This document shows, one piece after another, positions 23,650 to 36,103 of a DNA stretch of 64,000 nt. The notes under the pieces were generated by a model. It had not been told where the DNA came from and searched no databases. It worked only from the letters and a program-made list of their open reading frames with translations. Made by a program: the position numbers and the translations under genes. The stretch spans positions 248,001 to 312,000 of the forward strand of contig CDRNST010000257.1 in the NCBI GenBank assembly GCA_977016875.1, in the 5' to 3' direction. This stretch comes from Pavona decussata (taxonomy: Eukaryota). Within the stretch, counting starts at the first letter, position 1; each line of letters begins with the position of its first letter.

Positions 23650-25292
23650 TATTGATTTTCTCGCGTTGCATGAATCAGTGTGCACGTCTGGTCAACGGAA
23701 TTATGTTAGTTGTCGTTCGCCCGTCCAGTCTCGTTTGAATGTTCCATGCTGGCGTCAGTATTTGCGGAATTATCAGGACAGCCAAATATGCGATTTTCTT
23801 GAGTACGGATGGCCCGTGGGTTATGACTACTGTTCATATGGTTTCCCCTTGTAGCAAGTTGTGCAATCTTCAGGGTGTGTTATTTCCAGACGTTATTGAC
23901 TCGCATCTGTCAGCAGAGACCGGTCAGAACGCCGTGATTGGCCCGTTCTCAGTTAGTCCTTTCTCGTGTCGGGTCGCATTGTCTCCATTGAATTCTGTAC
24001 CAAAACAAGATTCTTCGGAGCGTTACATCATCGTAGATTTCAGTTGGCCAGTGGCTACTTCGGTAAATGATGGCAATTCTTCCTCTCGTTACTTAGGGCA
24101 CAATATTTCTTTAACATATCATACAGTGAACAACATTGCATCTTTAATTTGGTCTACTGGCGCAGGATGTTTAATATACAAGCACGATTTAAGGCGGGCT
24201 TATCGGCAATTTCCAGTAGACCCGATGGGCTATATTTTATTAAGATATTGTTGAAAACACGTTTATTTCGATGTCGTTTTGCCAATGGGATTACGATCAG
24301 TTGCGATGGTGTGTCAGCGCATCACCACTGCTGTCTGTTTCATCTGTGAGACGGAAGGACATCCCACAATCAGTTACCTGGATGACTTTACAGGAGTGGC
24401 TACTCCTAATACGGCCTGGCAGGCGTATGAACATTATGGACGTGTTTTGGAGGAGCTGGGTTTGGACGAGTCCCCAAATAGAGCTTGCCCACCTGCGACA
24501 GTTTCGACGTGTTTAGGCATACAGTTCGATATTCTGCAGATGACTATGTCAGTCACACAAGAACGTTTAGCAGAACTTGAGTCTCTTCTTCATGCTTAGT
24601 CGGTTAAAAGAGCTGCCACCAAAACTGAATTACCATCGCTTCTCGGTAAACTTGCGTTTGTTTCTAAATGCATTCGACAGAGCTGATTGTTTCTTGCGCG
24701 GATTTTAACTTTGCTGAGGACACTTAAACGGAATTCTTATAATACTCGTCTCACTGGGGAGTTCCGAAAAGATATTGCGTGGTGGCTGTGTTTCATGAGA
24801 AGTTACAACGGCGTTTCCCTCCTCTCCTCATTGTCTTGGACGGCGCCTGATTTAGTTTTTTTCCACTGATGCGTGTCCATCGGGATGTGACGGTCTCTCC
24901 ACGTTTCAATATTTTCATGACATGTTCCCTACGGAAGTCCTTGTCACCTACGCTCAGATTCATTTGCTTCAGGCACTAGCCATTTTAGTTGTGGTTCGTT
25001 TGTGGGGTCATGTTTGGTCAGGTTTACTTTGGGATAATGCCTCTGTGGTTTCTGCGCTATCTTCTGAGAAGGTGAAGGATCATTGCTCGCTGACATTTTG
25101 CATAAGATTTGGGTCATCGCCTCCCTTGAATTTGAACTTCGTGCTGTTCATTTGTCTGGTGAGGAGAACCGTGCGGCTAACTTCTTGTTGCGTTGGCATT
25201 TCGATTGTGTTTTTAAGGAGCGTTTTCGTCGCCTTTCCTTGTTTCCTGAACTCATTGTTCCTCCTGACGTCTTTAATCTTTATGATTATTAA
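23650..25292 (+). pseudogene. Ngaro RT/RNase H
   Basis: SPLNSVPK, DLRRAYRQ, LPMGLRS, YLDDF, TDAC, DNASVV, ENRAAN. Confidence 0.85.
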
Positions 25293-25311
25293 TGCATTCC
25301 TGTTTTTTTAG

Positions 25312-26236
25312 ATTGAAAACTAAAACAGTTGTGCGGGATTTGAAAGCCACTTGCCAGGCAGTGTTTGCTGCAGGAACTCACAAGAATCATTTAATGCACA
25401 GGCAGACTTATTTTTTCTTTTGTTTGTACTTTTCGTTAGACCCCTTAACAGCTTCGGTAGACACGGTATGCTTGTATTGTCAGTTTTTAAGTAGATCTCT
25501 TACACCAGAATCGGTTAGAAATTATCTTAGTGCGGCTAAGTTCTTGCATGTTGCGCTGGGACATGATTTTCCCTCGCTTAAGGAGTTCTGTTACGCCACG
25601 TATTCTTTTTCTTTTAGTTCAGAATTCTTGTTCTCCTAACTCTTCTTTGGAGGAGATCACTTTTTCATGTGCGTTTTTGTTTGCCTTTTTCCTGTTGGCT
25701 CGCATCTCTGATATTGTACCAGCCTCCTTACATTCTTTTGATCAGTGTAAGCATTTATGGAGACGGAATATCGTGTCGGCTCCTCATGGCCTTACGGTTA
25801 CTTTTAAGTCATCCAAAACAAATCAGACCAGGTCGCGTCACTTGCAATTGCCTCTCTTGCCATTCCCAATTCGCTGTTATGCCCCGTCCTTATGTTTAAT
25901 CGTATGTGTTCCCTCGTTCCCACATGTTCCGCGGCGCCTGCAGTTGTTTTACCATCTTCCGAGGGGTCTCTTTCTCCCATCACTAAAAGTGTTTTTGTTC
26001 ACGTTTTTCGCAGGCATTTATCGTTACCTGGTGTCTCTTGGGCACAATCTTTTCGAGGGTACTCTTTTCATAGGGGCAGTGCAAATTGGGCATTTCAGTT
26101 AGGGTTACCGGGCGAGCTCATTCAAGTGTTTGGGGACTGGTCATCAGAGGTGTACAAGAGTTATCTGGAATTTGCCTTGCCAGCTAAGTTACGGGTCGCT
26201 CAAGTTGTCAGTAAGGCATTAATTCAAACTTGTTAA
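25312..26236 (+). pseudogene. Ngaro tyrosine recombinase
   Basis: SVRNYLSA, LARISD, SKTNQ, GYSFHRG, GDWSS..Y..Y. Confidence 0.85.
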
Positions 26237-26759
26237 TTTTAGGGTCTTTAGATTTTAATCTTGCACAGGACACAATTTGTTTGGGGGTTTGGTGGGCAGA
26301 GAGTTTTATTGTTGTTGATTTCTCAGTTTCTTTGTGCGGTATCACATAATAAAACTCTATATGCCAAACAAAGTATTTGTCCTGTTTATTAGTCTGCGAG
26401 AGATATCACAGGGAATTGGTTTTATTTTGAGGGACGCTTAAAATTTTTAATTCCCATTACAAGCATGGTTTCTGTTTCGTTGTTTATTGTCTGTCGTCAG
26501 GTCAGATTGAGTGTCATGTTACTAGCACGTTTTATCGGTATATTCCGATTACAAGGTACAGAGTTCATTCGCACAAGCTGCACAGTCTATTAGCTCCAGT
26601 GATTAGTTTTTCTTCCTATCCCTCTCACCCTTGTGGTGGGCAGAGAGTTTTATTGTTGTCGATTTCTTGGTTTCTTTGTACGGTATCAGATAATAAAACT
26701 CTCTATATGCCAAACAAAGTGTGTGTCCTGTTTATTAATCTGCGAGAAATATCACAGGT

Positions 26760-27226
26760 AATTAGGATACATTTCAGGACCAAGAAAAGGCAGGAAAAAA
26801 ACACAAACAGACAAGCAGAAGTGCTCCCGGAGGAGCGTATCAGGAGTATAAAGAATACAGTAAGTTTTCTAATTAATTACTGCAAAACTCTCAGCCAATC
26901 AACATTCACTGGGGTGGAAGAAAAAAAGAAATACCTCCTATGCCTCTCGTCTGTGGACTATATCTCCTTAGAGCATTTGATGTCTGAGGACAACAGTGCT
27001 TGGGGGAACAGCAGTTCTGAGGATGAAGATGCCCCAAAAAGAAAGGTCCTGTGCAGGAGGCCTCTGCAGTGGAGGAGCATGGAGCTGAACTCTTTATTCA
27101 GTAGACTGGATCGGATAGTGCACAAAAACAGTCTCAACGTAGTGCCTCTATGACGACTGAGAGGAAAGATGGCCCTCCATCTACCCGAAAGGCACCAGAG
27201 GAAGCTCCTGCATTTGCTTTGTCATA
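26760..27226 (+). pseudogene. TE-associated gene fragment (LxWRS...LD motif, possibly a CACTA accessory ORF)
   Basis: MSEDNS acidic patch followed by RRPLQWRSMELNSLFSRLDR. Confidence 0.35.
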
Positions 27227-27612
27227 ACGGACCAAAATAAGATTTTTCCAGTGTCTCGGTAACAGTCATTTGAATACTATATATGTTAGATACAAAAGAA
27301 AAGGTCTTACTTATTACAACAGCATGACTTACATAGTTCAAACATTAAAAGAAATGCTGTTTGGCCATTTTTCACTGTTCTTGTTTTAATGTGTTTTCTC
27401 ATCTAGTGTGTGGTATTAAAATGAATATTGCAATCATCGCTTCACCACTGAGGTGAAAAAAAAAATACTGTCAAAACAAGTTTTGGAGACTTGGGTGTTG
27501 TCCTTTGCTTAAATGACCGTTTCTTTACAACAAGGCAAATGCTGCGGCATCTTGTGGTTTTAAGTTTACTCTAATTTGCGAAGATCATTTGAAAAACATG
27601 CCACTTATTAAC

Positions 27613-27861
27613 CAGGGCTGCAAATAACAGTCTGTCATCAGACATGGAGACCAAAACTTGCCGATGTCAGATGAAATCCCAACTGGGGTCAGACATAATG
27701 TCTAGACAATGTTTTTTTGATGATGATGATGAATATTTCACTCAGGAAGTAGAGCTCAACTTAACATGTTTTTGTCCTGTCCGACCACATTTCTGTTTTG
27801 TCCAACCAAAACGGTGACTTAATAGGACATGTCCTTTCAAGGAAAAAAATTTGTAGCCCTG
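27613..27861. mobile_element. hAT-type MITE
   Basis: TIRs CAGGGCTGCAAA / TTTGTAGCCCTG; 8-bp flanks TTATTAAC / TTATCCAC. Confidence 0.7.
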
Positions 27862-28391
27862 TTATCCACGTGGAAACTGAACAAATTGAACTTGTGATCA
27901 GAAGCTTAAGTTTCACAATGGAGGTGCACTGTAATCATATGAAGAAAACAATATATTATTCCAATATACATTTTTTTAGTTGGGGTTCAGACACTAATGC
28001 TTTAAATTTTGTGCTTTTTTTTTTGGTTACTGTTCAATGCAGCTTTCAAAAAAAAACTATCCATGCCGTTTTAAATTTTATGAACTGGTAGAAAGTAGTT
28101 TAGAAAATATTAGAGAATGGCATCATAGTTGAGGGGTTCAGAACCATAGTGGGCTAAACCACCAAAATTTCATATTCAATGTTATTGTTGTTTTCAACCT
28201 AAATTTGGACCATCTTTTTAGTGGCAAAGTGGTCGAACCCTGAAAGGCAGTGGGAGATTCTTTAGCCCCCTCTGAACATTGGACCACAGTGACTTCGTCA
28301 AAGCTCTTTGTGGGACAATGGTCCAACCCTTATACTGCTGACAATCTGCCCGTTGGCTCAGACTTAGACAGTACCATGTGCTATCAACAAA

Positions 28392-29375
28392 ATGGCGTAC
28401 AGAAGTGAGCAATCATCGAGCAGCAATTCCCGTAAGAGAAAACAAAATCCTGAGGAGTGCAAGAAAAACAATCGCAAAACTCTTCCTAACAGAGGTAAGG
28501 AATATGAAACAGTATCAAAGCCAGGCAAGAAACATACAGTTGCAGCAAAACAACTGGGTAAAGACTGTCGCTGACCACTGAAATGCTTTGAAAGAGTAAC
28601 AAAAGAACGGCGTGAAAATGTTTGCGAAGGTTTTTGGGCACTTGGAAATTGGACTGCACAGAATGCCTTCTTATGTGGAAGTGTGAAAATCACGTCTGTA
28701 AAGCGAAGGTATGCAAAGAAAGGCGAAATTTTGCACTCGTGAAGAAATTATTCTCGTCAATATTACATAAACGACAACGGAATGCCTACTCGAGTATGCA
28801 AAAAGGCTTTCTTGCCCATTAATGCTATATCCAATGGGATGCTTTTTCGTGCTCTATCGAAAAGGCAAAGTGTGGGGTCTCCACAAACAGATCAAAGGGG
28901 TAGACATGAGCCTAAAAACAAAACCCCTGAAAGAGGATGTTCAGTTTGTACTAGCTGACATTCAAAGCTTCCCAACTGAGTCAAGTCATTATTGTCGTAA
29001 GGATAATCCCAACCAAAGATATCTTTCATCAGATCTCACCATAAAGAAAATGTATGATCTGTACATGGAGAAATGCAAATCAGAATCAAGAACCCCAGCG
29101 AAGGAAAATGTCTACTGTGAAATATTTAACACAAAATTCAATCTATCATTTGGAAGCCCCAAGAGTGATACCTGTAACAGGTGTGACCTATTACAGACAA
29201 GCCTAAAAACTGAAACTGATGAGCAAAAGCATAGGGAACTGACTGCTTAGCTTGAGTTGCACCACCATAAAGCTCAATCTGGGTACAACAATCTGAAATC
29301 AGACAAAGAACTTGCAACACAAGACCCAAGTATCTCTTTAATTTCCTTTGATTTGCAACAAGTGTTGTCTTCCAC
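28392..29375 (+). pseudogene. Sola1-like transposase fragment (3'-truncated)
   Basis: C..KC, VCKKAFL, ESSHYCR, FNLSFGSPKSDTCNRCD, FDLQQVL. Confidence 0.7.
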
Positions 29376-29439
29376 GGAATAGGCAAGTCAATCAGTCATG
29401 AACAAAAAATTCATGCCTTTGCACAACACCAAATGCGTG

Positions 29440-30030
29440 GTCAAAGACATGTCAAAGGCCACCTTTGACACGCCTTCGATTAATTTTGACTCGCGTCAAA
29501 GGTGATCTTTGACTTCATCTTTGATTTGAATTACAGGTGACAAAGGCTGCATTTGATTCACTTTTACATACACTTTTGATGCACGTCAAAGGTGATCTTT
29601 GATGTGGCTTTAACTCGCTTCAAAGGTTTATCAAAGGTGTGCACGCGTGTGGTCAAATTTACCTTTGACTCAAGTCAAAGGTTTAGCAAAGGTGTACCCG
29701 AGTATACTCAAATTTACCTTTGACACGCATCAAAGGTTTATCAAAGATGTACCTGCGTGTACTCAAATTTACCTTTGACTTGCAAAGGTTCATCAAAGGT
29801 GTCCCACGTCGCACCGGGTGTTATCAAATTTACCTTTGACTCGCATCAAAGGTTTGTCAAAGGTGTTATCAGATTTACCTTTGACTCACATCAAAGGTCT
29901 ATCAAAGGTGTTGTCAAATTTACCTTTGACTTGCATTAAATGTTTATCAAGGGTGCTGTCAAATTTACCTTTGACTCTCATCAAAGTTGTATCAAAGGTG
30001 TAGTCAAATTTAGCTTTGACTCGCATTAAA
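29440..30030. repeat. ~45-bp tandem array with internal CCTTTGA/TCAAAGG hairpins
   Basis: Unit CAAATTTACCTTTGACTCGCATCAAAGGTTTATCAAAGGTGTTAT; 15-aa periodicity in the spurious ORFs over it. Confidence 0.9.
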
Positions 30031-30197
30031 AGTTTACTAAAGAATTAACAAATAGAATGTGGTTTGGCATTGTCTGTACTCTTATCGACAACGATATTCA
30101 TCATCGCACTGGTCAAAATGTTGTGGACTCACGTCCACAACAAATTTTGACCACTGTGATCGTGCCTATGTAAAACCTTTTCAAGTTAAGTCGAGTA

Positions 30198-30356
30198 CAG
30201 TAAACACCCACGTATAACCAGAACCTAGAATATAGGAACCTATTAGGTTAGGACCCCCTTTACATAGAACCTGTTTATATGAACACTACAATTATTTACA
30301 AAAATCTGTTTAGGCTAACTTGTAAAATCTAGGTTTTTATAAATGGGTGTTCACTG
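30198..30356. mobile_element. Tc1/pogo-type MITE
   Basis: TA-CAGTAAACACCCA...TGGGTGTTCACTG-TA. Confidence 0.75.
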
Positions 30357-30769
30357 TATTCGACTATTCAAATGAAGGCAATGAAAACATTCAAAACTTC
30401 AAAATGCTTACTTTTCCATCTGAAGTAAATGGAAGATGTCACTCTTTGAGGCCCTTACCAATCGGACATTTCACCCGGTAATTTATCGGGTGGAATTCAG
30501 TGAGTGAGTCATATGTTTCTAGGTCTCTGTTTTTCCAGCTACCAGCCCCCCACCCCCTAATACTCATTGCCAGTCCCTTATGAAAAAGAAAAAAATTCAT
30601 TTTTGACCTCTAAACGTATATAGTAACCAGTTAATTTCCGGTTACAATTTGTTTTGAATTCACAACTGTCATTACAACTGGTTCTGGGAGTGAGAATGAA
30701 GCCCAAGCTCAAACAGACACGAGTGAATAACGCAGACACTTTGTACATAATAATTATTCTTTTAAATAA

Positions 30770-31910
30770 ACAGGTGAGTGGATTTCTGAGCTTTGCAACG
30801 AGAAGGGGATGCAGCAAATGCAAGAAAGTGTTCGAAGGAACCTTTGGTGAGAAGAGGGATTACTCCGGTTTTGATCCGTGTGAGAAACGAACAAACGAAG
30901 AACACCAAAGAGAAGCCCAGGAAACACAAAATCAAACAACTATGAAAGACAAACACGACGCAGAAAGTAAATACAGAACACGTTATACTGAGCTCTTGCG
31001 TCTGCCATATTTTGACTGATTTACGATTGTCTATCCGATGCACAATATGTTCTTGGGGAGTGCAAAACATGTCATACAAAATGTTTGGCTCAATGAGAAA
31101 CACGGAATCATCACCGATGCGCAATTTAAGCTTATCCAGCAGAAGGTTGATGACATCCAATTTTCCATCTGGGCTTGGTCGGCTGCCAAACAAGATCGCG
31201 ATCAGCTTTGGTGGGTTCACTGCGGACCAGTGGAAAACGTGGACACTGCTCATGTCGATTTACACTCTCAAAGAGGACCTGCCTGACGATTACCTAGAAG
31301 TGTGGAGAGTGTTTGTGATTGCGTGTCAGTTACTCTGTAGTCCTCGTATTACGGTCGCGGAAGCCATCAGAGGAGGATCCCTTTTGCAAACATTTTTGTA
31401 GAATTCCAGAGGCTCTATGGTGCCGAGCTCGTTACTCCAAACATGCACATGCATACTCACCTCACTGAATGTATTTTGGATTTCGGTCCTGTTTATGCGT
31501 TTTGGTTTTCTTATAAAAGGTACAATGGTATCATGGAAGGCTTCCACACCAACAATCATTCTATTGAGATGCGCAAGTTTGTCCACGATCAATCTGTGCA
31601 CGGAATCCCCCTCCCAAGTCCTTTCCCCGCTGAGTTTGAGCCCCTGATTAGACCTGTGAGACAGACAGGGACACTGTGTGAAACTGAGCTTGAACCTGAC
31701 CATTACTTTTATGCTTTTGCCACGCTTTGCCATAGTCCTGCTCAGCCTACACACCTCTGGAATGAAGTTTCTCTGCACCGCTATCTCCAACCATCAAGGT
31801 TCGACTGCTTACAAGACCATGAAGTCACCTACCTTCGAGACATGTACAAGCAGCTATGTCCAGAGGTACAGGAGGAAAGTGTTGTGGGGAATTTGGAATG
31901 GTTCCCTGGT
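30770..31910 (+). pseudogene. CACTA/EnSpm transposase fragment
   Basis: GCSKC, LLRLPYFD, PMHNMFLG, FTADQWK, PNMHMHTHL..CILDFGPVYAFW..RYNG. Confidence 0.8.
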
Positions 31911-33900
31911 ATAGAAGTTGATAGGTTTGCTACCCCAGTTTCGGCTAAGTGCGCCAGGTTCTATTCTAAATTTTGGTGCCCAGGCACTGAAGGTGTCGAT
32001 GCTTTCAGTGTTAGTTGGGCGGGTGACAATAATTGGATAGTCCCACCTGTGTATCTTATTAGTCGCGCTATCTTTCATTTAGAGGTTTGCAAGGCCCGTG
32101 GTGTTATGATTATCCCTTGCTGGCCTTCTGCAGTTTTTTGGCCAATAGTTTTTCCCATGAGTGGTTTAAGGGCATCCGTTATTCAAGTCCTTGAGTTTCC
32201 CGACCCTTCTTTTGTTTTTGCGCCCGCTCGTGAGGGCCACAACACAATTTTTTGCCCACTGAGGTTTAAATCTGCGGTTTTGGCTCTTCGTCTCGATGGG
32301 TCTGCTTGTTCTTTTTGATTTAGTTTTTTGCCTGTGAGCTTCATAGTGGTATTTCAGTTTTTTGTACGCTTCATAGTGTCAGTTATATTTCTTTTGGGCG
32401 CTTTTCACAGCGTTGCACTTTTTGGTTTCTTACGCCTCATGGCGTTATATGTAATTGCCGTAGTTTGCTCCATTGCAAGATATTTTGCACGCTTCATAGC
32501 GTCATGTTTATATATTGTTGTCATATTTTGTTTTGTCTGTTTGCTGCGCTTCTTAGCGCCTACTCATGCGTTATGCTTCATAGCCTTTTAGCTCGTTATG
32601 GACATTCCGCCTTATGGTGGTATTTTCTTTCCTTGTTGTTTTTGTCACGGGTACTGTTTTCTCGTGATTTCCTGATTATTATTTTGTTTTCTATTTTATG
32701 GCGTTTGATTTTTTCTCCTTTTGTTTTTCTTTACAAGTTTCCATCACTGATGGTGCGGCTGGTATTCAAGCTTTGAAGCCTTTGTCTGTGTTGGTTCCTG
32801 TTTTTCTCGCGGCGAGCAGGGCACCATCGACTGTGAAAGGATATCACACGCATTTTCGAAAATGGAAGGCATGGGCTGCCAAGTTTCCTGAAGTGGAATA
32901 TTTTCCTGCTTCGGATAATCATTTTGCGCTTTATCTCATTAGTTTACTCCAGTCCGGTTATTTGTTTTCTACCATTGTTTCTACTTTTTACAGCATTAAT
33001 TTTTTCCATAGTTCGTGTGCTGTTCGCAACCCTTGCAATAGTGCTTTTGTTAAAGCTATTTTGGAAGGCTGTAAGCGTCTCGCTGCTAACTCTGTCTCTT
33101 CCAAGAAGAGACTTCCTATTTGTCCTGAGCATTTGCATGCTCTCGTTTTGAAGTTTGCGGGTGTAGATGCTAGTTTGCTTGATATCCGCGACGTTTGTAT
33201 TTGCCTTGTTGCCTTTGCTGGTTTTTTGCGTTTTAATGAGCTTGCTAATATTACATGGTGTGATGTTGTTTTCAGTGATACTTATTTTTCTCTTTTCATC
33301 CCAAGGAGCAAGTCTGACCAATATGGGTCTGGCGCTACTAGAGTAATTACTAGGACTGGTAATCCTACTTGCCCATTTTGAATGATGTCTCGTTATGCCA
33401 AGCTTAGTGGTGACAGTTTAAATTCTACTCAATTTGTTTTTCGTTCCCTGTACAAACGCAAGGATGGGCGTTATGCCCTTCGAGATGGTTCAAATCTCTC
33501 GTATTCTAGGGCTAGGGAGTTATTTATTAATAAGTTTAAAGCTATAGGTTTAGATATGAGGCTTTATGGCCTCCATTCCCTTAGGATTGGGGGTGCGACT
33601 GCCGCTGCCAATAATGATTTACCGGATCGTGTTATTAAGAAGCATGGTCATTGGAAGTCTGGGAATGCTAAGGATATTTACTGTAGGGAAGATATCCAAC
33701 ATCAACTCTTAGTTACTCTGAACATTGGACTCTAGTTTATTTTTGTTGTTTCTTTTTACTTTTTTCCTCCCATTCGCTTTGTCTATCTTGATAATTACTG
33801 GCGGCTCCCTCCACTACTGTTGTGTTCATTACTCATTCCACTTACATTAGAAATGATTTCTATTCGGCTGAGCATAGCGATAGAGAATAGAAACGCGCAT
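31911..33900 (+). mobile_element. 3' part of a DIRS-like element: Dam-like methyltransferase domain (31911-32318) and tyrosine recombinase (~32738-33735, stop at 3379x-free reading broken at 33379)
   Basis: DRFA, VDAF..W, VPPV, PCWPSA.FWP; GFLRFNE, SKSDQ, HSLRIGGAT, HGHWKS. Confidence 0.85.
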
Positions 33901-33959
33901 CTATAAATTATCCTTTACCGTCAACCACCCCTTAAACAATCATATCATGTTGTTGATAA

Positions 33960-34630
33960 CGACTAAAGTAATCAATAGCATTTTCTTTCGGTGCTACAAT
34001 TTTTATGTGAGTACCATCGATTGCACCCACAACATTTACCAACTCTGATCAAGTGTTGTCCTAAAATTTTTGATAACAGGCAGCAGTTTCTGCGGCCGTT
34101 CTTGGGAGCTTGATGTACTGATTTCTTCCATCAAATAGGCCATTAACAAGATCCTGTACTGTGTCAACCACAGTGCTTCTCCCTACATTCATCACAGGGC
34201 CAGTAGAGACCTATGAGTTTCCATGCGCTAGTCTATAAAGTCCTATTGCCAGGACTTTTTTTGGTGTGATACAATCATGCATAGTGGTATCTTGCCTCAT
34301 AGGATGTGGGGCTAGGAAATTTAAGAGTACCTGGAAGGTTAGCTTTTCTCACACAAAACTGTTACTGGAAGTTATCATCTGGTAAAGTGGAATCGTAGTA
34401 ATGAACTTAAACCACAAGTTTACAGGACGAGGTTAATGCCAAAGTTTTCAGCGAATCCTTCGTCTACGTCTTCCGACAACTCTCCTGTAAAATGCCATGG
34501 CCATCAATCTCCTCCATTGAATGTTTTGAAATACATTAGCTATCATTTGAAGCTGGAAATTGATGAAATTGGCATATGCGTGCATAAAAGCAGCAAGTAA
34601 AAGAAGTAAGCATAGCATGCTGTAACTCAC
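33960..34630 (-). pseudogene. Harbinger (HARBI1-like) transposase fragment
   Basis: Minus strand reads TFQVLL...QDT...PKKVLAIGLYRLAHG...VGRSTV. Confidence 0.65.
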
Positions 34631-35049
34631 TCAAACTGTAAACACCTGAAGCAATTTCCCATCAACTGATATGTCAGCAATATGTCTACCACACGCGACC
34701 AATGCGGATCATAGCTAATCGGATTAATTTTTGTTTCCAGGATTAGTCATGCCCTGCTGTGGTCTTGATATATGATCAAATGCCTTTGAACGTACCCCTG
34801 CCTAAGTCTTGTTTAATTTCTAATTCATTGCGATCATATTTTAGTCATCTAGCTCAAGTCACTTAAACAATTAATCATATTTTTAGTGCTTACAATATGC
34901 TAGTTAACATGTTTCAAATTTATAATTACAACCCTTGTGCAAATTACAGCCGTACAGCCAAGACCCTATCGGTATCAAACAATCGAGCAATGCAGTGGAT
35001 CACAATATCCCTCAGTTTTATCCCAATACAAAATTGATAACAATGCATT

Positions 35050-35731
35050 TATGGTAGCCTCTCTTAATGTATGGGGCCTAGGGAATAGCGCCAAAAGAAG
35101 ACACATTTTTGATTGGCTAAGATCAAAGAAAGTTTCCATTTATCTGCTACAAGAAATGCTTCGTTCAGAAAAAAGTTCATACCTTGGGCCGCTGAATGGG
35201 ACTACAAAAGCCTTTTGAGCTCTTTTTCTAGCAACAAGGCAGGTCTAGGTATCCTTTTTAACAACAACTTTCACTTCCGAATCAAAAAATCTTATATTGA
35301 CAACCCAGGTTGTCATATAAGTTGTAAATTTAAATCCAATGGAGAAATCACAACCTTAGCAAACATATATCCCCAAATGAAGACGATCCAACTTTTTTTA
35401 AAACTTTGTCTGATCACCTCTTAGACTTTCAAGATAACAAAATCACACCGGAAGGGGACTTCAACCTTTTCCTAGATATAAATAAGGACAAACAAGGTGG
35501 CTTGCAAAAACAAACCAACATGCTAAAAAACTATCTGTGATATATGCCAAAATCTTGACCTTGTAAACGCTTGGAGAATCTTAAATCCACAAGCCAGGAG
35601 TTATACGTGGTGTCAATCACGGCCCGAGAGTCACTGTAGATTTAATTTCTTCCTTGTAAACCAGAGCTTTTTAGGCAACGTCAGCTCAGCAGATATCCTT
35701 TCATGCTTCGCAACAGACCATTACTTGATGA
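35050..35731 (+). pseudogene. Tx1/L1-type LINE ORF2, AP endonuclease part
   Basis: SLNVWGL, LQE, NIYP, GDFN, YTW, TDH motifs. Confidence 0.8.
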
Positions 35732-36103
35732 TTAAAGTGCATATGAAACGAAATTTTTTTTGGCTTTTTTCGTTAGATTGTGATGTGTGTAAATGGAAAC
35801 GAGAGAAAAAAATGCCTGAAAACTGGGTTTTTCCCATCGGAAGTGCTGTCAATTTGACTTTCAAATGGTTCTGGAGACTGGGAACGAGTTAAGCCCGTGA
35901 TGACGTATGAAACTGTGGTAGCACTTTGTTTACTCTCATATTTCTCACTCGTTTCTTGTGATTGTTGAGAAGATAGCAGTGGTAAACCTTGACAGAAACT
36001 CCTCAAGCTTGAAAAAATGTCAGACAGCCATACATATCTGTCCTCGGACACTTCTAAACAGTGATGAAACAGGAGTAAATAAATCACACGAAATGTTGGA
36101 AGA

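Larger units (their letters stand above)
21978..26758 (+). mobile_element. Ngaro-type tyrosine-recombinase retrotransposon (degenerate)
   Basis: Split direct repeats A1 (~21978-22167) ... B1 (~26291-26411), A2 (~26418-26612), B2 (~26634-26758) enclosing gag, RT/RH and YR. Confidence 0.85.

Noticed and set aside
29440-30030. CRISPR-like array of palindromic repeats
   Set aside because: Units are contiguous and degenerate with no unique spacers or cas genes, in a eukaryotic context
32328-32776. Hydrophobic ORFs resembling membrane proteins
   Set aside because: T-rich spacer or intron between the DIRS MT and YR regions; compositional artefact
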